In this document: positions 9,063-16,987 of the stretch, in pieces
Numbering within the stretch: position 1 is the stretch's first letter
How the letters are laid out: each line of letters starts with the position of its first letter
Assembly (NCBI GenBank): GCA_041740355.1
Contig: JBGSMD010000014.1
Coordinates: forward strand, 1-16,987
Origin: Bdellovibrionota bacterium
Lineage (GTDB): Bacteria; Bdellovibrionota_C; UBA2361; CALJRW01
Direction: 5' to 3'
DNA length: 16,987 nucleotides
The notes under the pieces: generated by a model
What the model was told of the DNA's origin: nothing
What the model saw: the letters and a program-made list of their open reading frames with translations, nothing else
Databases searched by the model: none
Made by a program: the position numbers and the translations under genes

Positions 9063-9272
9063 ATGGGAAAATCAAAGAAAACCATAGCGCCTTGTTTTGA
9101 ACTTTTAGATATTAAAACAGCTAAGAGAGATGGCCAGTGCTACATAGATTTCGACTTCAAAATCAATAGATACCACAAGGAAATTATTAACTGGATGGGA
9201 TGCAAGGAGTTCTCTAAGTTGCTTGGCAACTTCGTTAAGAAGGCAATATCCCAAGTAGAAGCTAGAGCCTAA
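9063..9272 (+). CDS. Small hypothetical protein, the first gene of the predicted leading region
   Basis: AGGAG RBS at 9050-54, ATG start, terminator immediately downstream. Confidence 0.7.
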   Translation: MGKSKKTIAPCFELLDIKTAKRDGQCYIDFDFKINRYHKEIINWMGCKEFSKLLGNFVKKAISQVEARA

Positions 9273-9284
9273 AAACTATCTCGA

Positions 9285-9315
9285 TGAGGAGGGGAGAAAT
9301 CCCCACTCTTTTTTT
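9285..9315 (+). terminator. Intrinsic terminator between ORF 9063 and oriT
   Basis: GAG-GAGGGGA-GAAA-TCCCC-ACTC stem-loop followed by a T-run. Confidence 0.7.
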
Positions 9316-9324
9316 ATTTTTTAT

Positions 9325-9343
9325 CACCACACCCAACGCACCT
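9325..9343 (-). other. oriT: oriT nick site of MOBF type; predicted nick between 9329 and 9328 on the minus strand
   Basis: Minus strand reads AGGTGCGTTGGGTGT^GGTG; plasmid F nic core is TGCGTGGGGTGT^GGTG (15/16 identical, from recall); lies directly upstream of the RHH-relaxase operon. Confidence 0.85.
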
Positions 9344-9346
9344 CAG

Positions 9347-9464
9347 TTTGTAACAAAAAATGCAGTAACTATTAGATTTTATAAATTATCTTTGTAACAA
9401 GATTTTGAAAATACGTTACAAAAATGGGCTAACTATCACTGAACATTAAAAATATTTGTAAACA
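9347..9464. repeat. TTTGTAAC repeats; putative relaxosome accessory protein binding sites
   Basis: TTTGTAACAA at 9347-56 and 9391-9400, inverted GTTACAAA at 9415-22, partial GTAAC at 9365-69, variant TTTGTAAACA at 9455-64. Confidence 0.65.
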
Positions 9465-9815
9465 ATGAAGAAATTAAAAGTTAAGAAAGAGGCTTTAGGA
9501 GGAGACGTAATAATCTTTAGATTAGAAGATGAAATAAGTCGGGCACTAGCTCAGTATTCAGTGACTCAAGGTCTCAGTCCTAATCAAACAGCAAGGAAAA
9601 TTCTTGGTGATTTCTTTCATGGAAACGATAATTTTATAAGCCTAAAATGTGATATTGAAGAGCTTGATACCAAGCTAAAAGTTATTGGGTTAGATATCGC
9701 TTTCTCCGTCAAAAAACTTCTTGAAATTGGAGGAGTAAGGGTAGGGGAATCAGATAATTGGGTTAGCGAAAATGTACGAAGTCTTATCTGGAATACTGAT
9801 AAGGAGGCTAAGTAA
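9465..9815 (+). CDS. Ribbon-helix-helix relaxosome accessory protein (functional analog of TrwA/TraY)
   Basis: VIIFRLEDEISRALAQYSVTQGLSPNQTARKIL RHH pattern; sits between oriT and relaxase; TAATG overlap with the relaxase start. Confidence 0.7.
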   Translation: MKKLKVKKEALGGDVIIFRLEDEISRALAQYSVTQGLSPNQTARKILGDFFHGNDNFISLKCDIEELDTKLKVIGLDIAFSVKKLLEIGGVRVGESDNWVSENVRSLIWNTDKEAK

Positions 9816-12247
9816 TGCTATCAATTTCAGGGGCAATTAAGGGAGTCGGACAAGGGGATTACTACCTGTCTCTTGCAAGGGAGGACTACTATTTAGAAGG
9901 CGGTGAGCCGTTAGGTGAATGGTTAGGGGAGGGGGCAAAACTACTTGGTCTAGAGAACCAAGTTAAAGGTGAAGACCTTAGAAATTTAATGGGTGGTAAG
10001 GATAAAGCTGGAAATTCATTAGTCCAAAATGTAGATGATCCTAATAGACGGAGTGCTTTTGACTTAACCTTTTCAGCTGACAAATCAGTCTCAATCATCT
10101 GGGCACTTTCTCCTGAAAAAGAACAGTAAATTATTTAACTTGCCCACAAGGAAGCTGTTAAAAAAACTATTGGTTTCTTAGAAGAGTATGGAGTTAAAAC
10201 TAGAAGAGGAAAGGGAGGAGCCACTAAAGAAAGTGGCAAATTAATAGCGGCCACCTTTCTGCACTCAACTAATAGAAATGGAGAACCACATCTTCATACC
10301 CACTCCTTATTTCTTAACGTGGTAGTAAGAAATGATGGGACAACAGGAACTCTGGAATCGTTAGATTTATTTAAGCTTAAGATGACGGCTGGAGCACTTT
10401 ACCGAGCTGAGCTTAGTAAGATTTTGCATGACAAACTAGGACTTGAATCAGAGCTACTCTCTAATAATTGCTTTAGGTTAAAAGGAATTCCAAGTAAAAT
10501 TATTAACCAATTTTCATCAAGACGATTTGAAATATTAAAAGCATCAAAAGAGCTAGGTTATAAAAGCCAGAAAGCACTTGAAGTCCTTACCTTCGCTACT
10601 AGAAGTAAGAAAGTACTAGTAAAAAGAGAAGAGCTAATAACTGCGTGGAAAGAACTAGCAAAGAATCTTAACTTTGAAGCAAAAGATCTGACTAAGCTAT
10701 TTAAAAAGGGAGTATCCCGGGAAAAGGAGTTTGATTTAGAGATAGTAATTAATGAATCATTAAGATTAATAACAGAGCGGGAAAGCCATTTTAGTTTCTT
10801 TGAACTCGTTAGGCAGATGGCACAATTATCCCAAGGACGCGCCCTTGGTATTGATGAAATATTAGCTACTGCCAAAAATTTTCTAGAAAATGACTTAGGT
10901 ATTATTAAGTTATATCGAGGACAGGAAGTACGCTACACAACAGCGTTAGTCTTAAAAGAAGAGCGAGCACTTATTAAAAAAGTTAGAAGCTTAAGTCAGG
11001 AAATAAGGGAGTTCGTCCCAAGTCATATTAGGCAAAAAATAGGTACAGATTTTAAAACTTTAACTCACGAACAAGAAGTTGCCTTAAATCATATCACTAA
11101 CACTCAAGGCTTAATTAAGGTTGTAAGTGGTATGGCTGGGACGGGGAAAAGCTTTTTATTAAATGCTGTTAGGGAAAGTTTTGAGTTAGCAGGTAAAGAT
11201 GTAATCGGGCTCGCTCCAATGGGTAGAACTGCTAAAGGCCTAGAAGCTAGTTCGTTAATAAAGTCTGAAACTATTGATATGACTCTCCTAAAGATTGAAT
11301 CTAAGCAATTAAATATTACTAAGAACTCAGTACTCATTGTCGATGAAGCTGGGCTTATTGGCACAACGCAGATGAAAAAGTTAGTTGATATTGCATATCA
11401 AGAAAAATGTTTGCTTGTTCTTGTTGGGGATACGCTTCAACTACAACCAATAAGTCGTGGGGCACCGCAAAGAGAAATTATAAAAGAGATTGGCGATACA
11501 AAGCTTAAGAGTATTAGAAGACAAAATGAGGAGAATAGCTGGACTAAAAATGCGATTCTTGATTTTTCTGTTGGAAAATCAAAAAAAGCCCTAATGGAAT
11601 ATATTAAAAGGGGACAAGTATTTATTGGAGAAGATAGATCTGACGCTATAAAATTATTAATTAATTCCTGGGGGGAGCTAAGTGATATTAAAAGAAATAA
11701 AAGCTTAATAATTGCTAGTGAAAAGCAAGATGTCTTTAGCTTAAATATTAAGGCACAGAACTTGCGAGAAAGTCTTGGTGAATTATCAGGGTTAGGTATT
11801 AAGATTAATGATTATTCATTTTATAAAAACGACCGAGTACTTTTTACTCAAAATTCCAAATTTTATGATGTTTCAAATGGTACACTTGGAACTGTTAAGG
11901 CTTTAAATCCGATTACTAAAACACTAACCATTAAGTTAGACCAAGGAAAAAGCGTCAGAGTCTCACTTTCCAAGTATTCTGAATTAGAATTAGGGTACGC
12001 CATTACAACTCACAAATCACAAGGGGAGACCTGCTATAATGACTATATCCTTGCAGGTGGTGGTATGCAGAATCGACACTTAACTTACGTGCAAGCTTCT
12101 CGTGCTAAAAATAAGACGTTCTTTTTTACTGATAAACTTGAAGCTGGGGATAATTTTGTAAACCTAGTAAATGCTATGAGTAAGGATCGGACTAAGGAAA
12201 TGGCAATTTCATATCAAACATCTAAGCCAAGTTTTTCGCGAGCCTAA
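9815..12247 (+). pseudogene. mobF: MOBF (TrwC/TraI-like) relaxase-helicase, ~810 codons, interrupted by in-frame TAA at 10127-29 and 10136-38
   Basis: ORFs 9815-10129 and 10319-12247 are in the same frame; DYY...DYY tyrosines, FDLTFSADKSVS, HLHTH (10289-10303, in the gap between the ORFs), FSSRR, GMAGTGKS, VDEAG, GYAITTHKSQG, YVQASR; AGGAGG RBS. Confidence 0.9.
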
Positions 12248-12250
12248 TAT

Positions 12251-13960
12251 ATGTATCAAAAACTTGAGCCAAGAAAAGTTGTTTTAGAAAGGATTTTAAT
12301 AGTTACAGTTCTCTGCATTACTATTTATTTTACAGCGTTTAATTTAAGAACAATATATCAGGATTTAAACCTTGTAATTAATATCACAACAGTCCTAACT
12401 CTTTGGGCACTTTTAGTCCTAACTTATCTTAGAACGAAAAGGGGAGTAACTGTTAGAAGTTTTCATTTGCGAGGTGCAAAGCTAATTAGTTTTAAGGAAG
12501 CAATAAAGTCTGCTAAAGAATTAGTAAAAAATGAGGCAAGTATTTTCTGGGGATTCTTGCCACTTCCAGTTAGCATATCAACTAGTCATTTCGCTGTAAT
12601 TGGAGCTACTGGAAGTGGTAAAACTCTTTGTCTTAGACTGCTCTTACAATCAATTCTTCCAGAAATAAAAAAGGGAACAAAAACTAGGGCAATTATCTAC
12701 GATGCTAAGCAAGATATTTTGCCACTACTTGCTGGCATTTGTCCTGATGTTCCAGTTTTCACATTAAATCCCTTTGATAAAAGATCCGTTGCTTGGGATA
12801 TGGCCAAGGACATTACAACTCCAGCCAGTTGCTCCCAACTTGCTAGTGCACTAATTCCCACAAATCCAAAAGATGTGAATAAATACTTTGATAATACGGC
12901 CCGACACCTTCTAAGTGGAGTCTTAATAACTTTTAATAAAGTAGCAAAAGGTAATTGGACACTAAGAGATGTAATGTTAGCAATTAAAGATGCGAAACGA
13001 CTTAAACAAATCTTATCAATTACGGAGCTTACAAGGGATAGACTACAACATTTTGAGAATGAGAAGACCCTAGCTGATGTCGTATCAACTTTTACAACTA
13101 ATATGCAGGAATATGAGAGTGTTGCTTCTGCTTGGTATTATGCTGAAAATAAAATCAGCCTTAAAGATTGGTTAAAAGATGAATTTATCTTAGTCCTTGG
13201 AAATACGGAAGTAGCCAAGCGAGCAACTGATGAAATTAACCGAGTTATCTTTAGACGAATGAGTGAGCTAATTTTAAGCTCTGAAGAAACAACAAAAGAG
13301 AAGACTTGGATTATTTTAGATGAAATTCGTCAAGCTGGTAGGCTTGATAGCTTAAATCTTTTACTAACAAAAGGTAGAAGTAAGGGAGCCTGTTGTGTGC
13401 TTGGTTTTCAAGATATTGAGGGCATGAGAACAGTTTACGGAAGGGAGGAAGCTAATGAATTAGTCGGGCAGTGTGCCAATAAGATGATTCTAAAACTAAA
13501 CTCACCTGAGACTGCCAACTGGGCCTCATCCCTTTTTGGAGATTCTGAAATTGTTGAGGATAAAAGAAGTGAAAATCAAAGTAAAAATGCTATCTTTAAC
13601 GGAAGCACCTCAAATAGCAGTGAAAGGACAAAAAGGGGAGCTGTGTTATCAAGCGAAATTCTGAATTTACCAATTAGTAATCCTGAGAATGGACTTAGCA
13701 CTTTTTCAATTGTTCCGACAATTGGCTCATATCTAGCAAATGTTTCTTTTAACTCAGTTCTTAAAAGTCTTATTGAACCTTCTTCCCAAATTCAAGGACT
13801 AGAAATGCGAGAGGAGAGAGACCAAGAGTTAGTAGAGTGGGGGAGTAAGGATTTGGAACGCTTAAACCTCCTAGAAGCATTAAATCTGCACAAAGTTATC
13901 TCTCCTAAAACTAGCAAAAATAAATGTGAATTTAATCAACTATCGAGGCAGTCCCTTTAA
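12251..13960 (+). CDS. Type IV coupling protein, TrwB/TraD family
   Basis: Two N-terminal TM helices, HFAVIGATGSGKT, IIYDAK, NPFDKRS, WIILDE, KGRSKG...LGFQ; starts 3 nt after the relaxase stop. Confidence 0.92.
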   Translation: MYQKLEPRKVVLERILIVTVLCITIYFTAFNLRTIYQDLNLVINITTVLTLWALLVLTYLRTKRGVTVRSFHLRGAKLISFKEAIKSAKELVKNEASIFWGFLPLPVSISTSHFAVIGATGSGKTLCLRLLLQSILPEIKKGTKTRAIIYDAKQDILPLLAGICPDVPVFTLNPFDKRSVAWDMAKDITTPASCSQLASALIPTNPKDVNKYFDNTARHLLSGVLITFNKVAKGNWTLRDVMLAIKDAKRLKQILSITELTRDRLQHFENEKTLADVVSTFTTNMQEYESVASAWYYAENKISLKDWLKDEFILVLGNTEVAKRATDEINRVIFRRMSELILSSEETTKEKTWIILDEIRQAGRLDSLNLLLTKGRSKGACCVLGFQDIEGMRTVYGREEANELVGQCANKMILKLNSPETANWASSLFGDSEIVEDKRSENQSKNAIFNGSTSNSSERTKRGAVLSSEILNLPISNPENGLSTFSIVPTIGSYLANVSFNSVLKSLIEPSSQIQGLEMREERDQELVEWGSKDLERLNLLEALNLHKVISPKTSKNKCEFNQLSRQSL

Positions 13961-14068
13961 GCAATGTATAAATAGACTTTGTGCTTGAAAATAGAGAAAA
14001 ACTATTTTAATCTCTTAGTCTTAGCTCAAAAGCGTATTCCTACGCTCTTGTAATTTGAGAATAATAAA

Positions 14069-14407
14069 ATGTTTAATTTCCTGATTCCATTTTTGCTTTT
14101 ACTATTTGTAAATATAGTGAGCGCAGAAGAGCCACTCTTACAAGAGCTTAATCAGTCCTCCATTAATAGCAGAGCTAATCTTGCTTGCACTCGTGTTGTT
14201 GGAGGATGGTATACATGGAGAAAAAGTTCTATCTTAGGACGTTATCAAAATGGTCGCAGAGGGAAGATGGTAATGTCTTGCCGTGCGAGAACTCCTTTTC
14301 GTCTTTGGTTAATTCCAGGGGATTATTGGTGCGTGGGGAATGTTAAATCATTTACAATATATGGGAGAAATTACCTATGCCAAGTAAGGAGAATTAAGAT
14401 CAGATAA
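14069..14407 (+). CDS. Small secreted basic hypothetical protein with 4 Cys
   Basis: Signal-peptide-like N-terminus (…NIVSA|EE); Arg/Trp/Gly-rich mature part. Confidence 0.65.
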   Translation: MFNFLIPFLLLLFVNIVSAEEPLLQELNQSSINSRANLACTRVVGGWYTWRKSSILGRYQNGRRGKMVMSCRARTPFRLWLIPGDYWCVGNVKSFTIYGRNYLCQVRRIKIR

Positions 14408-14647
14408 TTCATAGTTTTGGTTCGGTGCGAAGTACAAAATCGCTAATTTCTCATTTATCACCGCCAACGTCTTTATCCGCATATTTATTTAAAAAGTTAG
14501 TGTCAAAGACCAAAAAAGAAGTGGGGCGACAAGAGGATCTTTTAATAACAAGAATTTCGTTTTAGCATCGATGATTATTCTTGTGTGCCTTGATTAAATC
14601 GAATAAGTTTATTTTTTGTCCTGCCATTTAAACTTAATTGAATATTG

Positions 14648-14983
14648 ATGAAAATATTAACACTAATCCTTTCCTGTCTTCTTTTCACACAGTATTTAAA
14701 TGCTGAAACAATTTCTGTAAAATATCGTTCAAGCCCAGTTGAAGTATCTAATGGAAATTTTACGGACTACTCGTTAAAAGAATCTTCGATCATTAAAAGA
14801 TTGCTTTATGATCAGAAAGAAAATTACCTACTAGTAAAATTACATGACGTTTATGATCATTACTGTGGAATTCCTGCTAACTTAGTGGATAATTGGGTAT
14901 CTGCGGAATCCCTTGGTAAATACTACCATGCTAATATTAAGAATAAGCTTGATTGACGAATGGTAGAATTGCCAATTTATTAA
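14648..14983 (+). CDS. Secreted KTSC-domain protein; called ORF stops at TGA 14954-56 but the frame continues to TAA at 14981-83
   Basis: Signal peptide then ETISVKYR; SSIIKRLLYD...YHYC-like (YDHYC)...AESLGKYYHANIK KTSC pattern; read-through gives D*RMVELPIY. Confidence 0.75.
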
Positions 14984-15024
14984 AATATAATTTTTATTCA
15001 TTAAAATCAGAGAAGGGATAATAT

Positions 15025-15534
15025 TTACTTGATAGCTTTTATTTGGGTTTGTTTGATATTTATAAGTTCTTGTTGAGACATTGGCTTCGCGAACTTTGAT
15101 TCATTAAGATTGCTTACTACCTTGATATCTGTAGCCCGATTAAAATGTTTTAGATCTGTTGTCCATATTTCTTGGCATTGAAATTTTTCTGCAATGCCAA
15201 TAGATATACGATCAATAGTTGTACTTCTTCCTTTTAATTTCCCGCTTCTTACAAGCTCTTTACTTACATCTATAATTTCTAACGTGGGGTTAACCATTGT
15301 AAATTTAGAGTTTCTACCAAGAATTAGATTTTGATAAAACTTGTCAATGCTTCGATCCTGAAGTTGATCAATAAATAAAAGTTCCGCAAAAATCAGATTA
15401 GAAGTATAGAAGCAGATTTTCTCTTTTGGATCTTTAATTAAATCATAAAATACATAGCTATTAGGATCTTGTTTGTCTAGGCGAAGAAGATTTAGCAGAA
15501 TACCAGTATCAACAAAAACTGAATTACTCATCAT
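15025..15534 (-). CDS. PIN-domain (VapC-like) ribonuclease
   Basis: VFVDTGIL, TSNLIFAEL, IDRISIGIA, IWTTDLKHF carry the four acidic PIN residues. Confidence 0.85.
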   Translation of the reverse strand: MMSNSVFVDTGILLNLLRLDKQDPNSYVFYDLIKDPKEKICFYTSNLIFAELLFIDQLQDRSIDKFYQNLILGRNSKFTMVNPTLEIIDVSKELVRSGKLKGRSTTIDRISIGIAEKFQCQEIWTTDLKHFNRATDIKVVSNLNESKFAKPMSQQELINIKQTQIKAIK

Positions 15535-16330
15535 TCTGCCCTCTAATAGAATTCAGATACTGATTAGTCGTTAAATTTCCGAGCAAGTTAGGTTTTGTAC
15601 CTAGCATTTTCTCAAAATATTCCAAGTCAAATTCTGGCGATATTCTAAAATCTAAAACTTCCATTGTTGGTTTTTTTGTATTGTCTGTAAATTCCGTATA
15701 CATTCCTTCAACTATTACGAATAAATTTCTATCTTTAAGAGCTTCAATCATTTCATTATAAATCTTTTCGCTTTTGGTGATACAAGTAATTAGATTTTTT
15801 GATATTTCTTCTCTGATCTGAAAAGAGAATTCAGAGGCTTTACTATCTCCAATCCGAATCGCATATACTGAACCAGTTAACTGAAAATGGTGACTCGATT
15901 CTAAATTATCTATTGTGAACTCAAAATCAGCTGGTCGGATCTCACTTGTACCAATTTCACGACCCGAGTCATAAACTGTAAACTTTATTTTATCTTCATT
16001 GGGCACATGAGAAATCAAGTTTTTGAAATTTTGGTTTGTCGTACTTGTGAATTTCTTGCTAACGTCATTAAGCGACTTTAAGTAGGAATTAAGTGCTATA
16101 TTTAAGTTTGGGGTAAATACCTCAGGGTCATAAGATGCTTCAACTGCATACGATACGGATTCATTTTTAAATTCCTGTGCAATTAAATTTTCAGCTGGAA
16201 TTCTCACTCCAAGATCGGTAGTAAAAGATTCCAGAAATTTTTCTAGTGAGCTAGTGATTGCAGATAGCTGACTCAGCTTAACACCTGCTCGACCTTCGTT
16301 AAATCTTATTCTAAGAGTTAATTTTGACAT
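15524..16330 (-). CDS. 268-aa hypothetical protein overlapping the PIN gene; possible OB-fold C-terminal half and antitoxin-like tail
   Basis: 11-nt overlap with the PIN gene; LTGSVYAI...FQIRE...ITC...VIVEG OB-like pattern; tail PNLLGNLTTNQYLNSIRG. Confidence 0.7.
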   Translation of the reverse strand: MSKLTLRIRFNEGRAGVKLSQLSAITSSLEKFLESFTTDLGVRIPAENLIAQEFKNESVSYAVEASYDPEVFTPNLNIALNSYLKSLNDVSKKFTSTTNQNFKNLISHVPNEDKIKFTVYDSGREIGTSEIRPADFEFTIDNLESSHHFQLTGSVYAIRIGDSKASEFSFQIREEISKNLITCITKSEKIYNEMIEALKDRNLFVIVEGMYTEFTDNTKKPTMEVLDFRISPEFDLEYFEKMLGTKPNLLGNLTTNQYLNSIRGQNDE

Positions 16331-16397
16331 TTTATAAATGCTACCATTTTTTTTCGTTACTAACCACTATAAAGAAGATCCCAATTTATAAATAAAA

Positions 16398-16964
16398 CTA
16401 TATAAATAAGTCATCTCTGAAGATACCTCTTAAAAACTCCCAGATAAGGTTAGATGTGTTGGTAATCTCTTGACTCCTTGTTTTAATCTTATCCAATGTA
16501 ATTATACCAGTTTCTACAGTTAACGTTTTTTTATTAAAATCTTCATATTCAAGCCCATCTTCATTACTCCACCCATAATATAGTCCATGAGTTAATGCAT
16601 TTCTTGATTCACGAATTGAGTTAAGATGTTTAATGATTACCTTCAGAGATTTCTTATTAAATCCTAGATCTCTTTTCTCATGATGATATTTAAGTCTATA
16701 TTCTGACATAAGCTTAAATTTATTTATTTTTGCACCGAAACTTAAATCTCTAAAATTAATTGCTCTTATTAGAAAATAGTCCTTTGGATTTTTGAAATGA
16801 CTAGAGCATGAGCCACTTAAATGATTTAAACTCTGCAATAATCTGAAATCTAAAGTTTGAAAACTTATTGAATAAGTTCCATATGCATGAACTATTTTAT
16901 CGTACTCACTAAAATGATCACCTTGAGAAGTTAGAAAAGCATTGTCTTTAGGTTCATCTTTCAT
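16398..16964 (-). CDS. HEPN-like all-helical protein, putative RNase
   Basis: RNALTHG (Rx4H) preceded by LSFGAKI; AGAT/A-rich upstream region lies at the window edge. Confidence 0.65.
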   Translation of the reverse strand: MKDEPKDNAFLTSQGDHFSEYDKIVHAYGTYSISFQTLDFRLLQSLNHLSGSCSSHFKNPKDYFLIRAINFRDLSFGAKINKFKLMSEYRLKYHHEKRDLGFNKKSLKVIIKHLNSIRESRNALTHGLYYGWSNEDGLEYEDFNKKTLTVETGIITLDKIKTRSQEITNTSNLIWEFLRGIFRDDLFI

Positions 16965-16987
16965 AATAGGATTTAAAAATAATCTAA

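Larger units (their letters stand above)
1..16987. mobile_element. Segment of a MOBF mobilizable element with leading-region genes and defence-like cargo; boundaries not visible
   Basis: oriT/nic, RHH gene, MOBF relaxase and T4CP clustered at 9325-13960; ardA at 344; patchwork of accessory genes; no housekeeping genes. Confidence 0.85.

Noticed and set aside
9889-11364. Minus-strand ORFs 9889-10098, 10558-10875, 11104-11364
   Set aside because: Antisense shadows inside the relaxase
10319-12247. Independent helicase gene starting at GTG 10319
   Set aside because: No SD; the start falls just after HLHTH inside the relaxase domain, so it is a fragment of the interrupted gene
932-14582. 12-bp direct repeat ATGATTATTCTT at 932-943 and 14571-14582 as att sites
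   Set aside because: Matches of this length are expected by chance in 17 kb of AT-rich DNA; no integrase visible
9815-14983. Alternative genetic code as an explanation for the internal TAA/TGA stops
   Set aside because: TAA, TAG and TGA all end apparently full-length genes in this window (e.g. TAA at 12247 and 13960, TAG at 5486, TGA at 3834)
1-16987. CRISPR array, tRNA/rRNA genes, IS elements
   Set aside because: No regularly spaced repeats, cloverleaf-like sequence or transposase seen by eye

Overview
AT-rich accessory window from a MOBF-type mobilizable element (plasmid or integrative element; no rep, integrase or mating-pair genes are visible). The centre is a mobilization module: an oriT whose nick-site core is nearly identical to plasmid F's (minus strand, ~9325-9343), a ribbon-helix-helix accessory gene, a TrwC/TraI-like relaxase-helicase interrupted by two in-frame TAA stops, and a TrwB/TraD coupling protein. 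The nick orientation makes everything left of ~9328 the predicted leading region. That region holds two small, probably paralogous unknown ORFs, a putative ssDNA-binding protein and ardA, with a cargo block between them (RloC-like ABC ATPase/HEPN, Cys-rich microprotein, DUF2130, orphan receiver domain, UvrD-like helicase, STM3941-like membrane protein). The right end carries two small secreted proteins and a minus-strand HEPN-like / large unknown / PIN cassette that is a candidate new toxin-antitoxin or defence system. Family calls come from motif recognition only; no searches were run.
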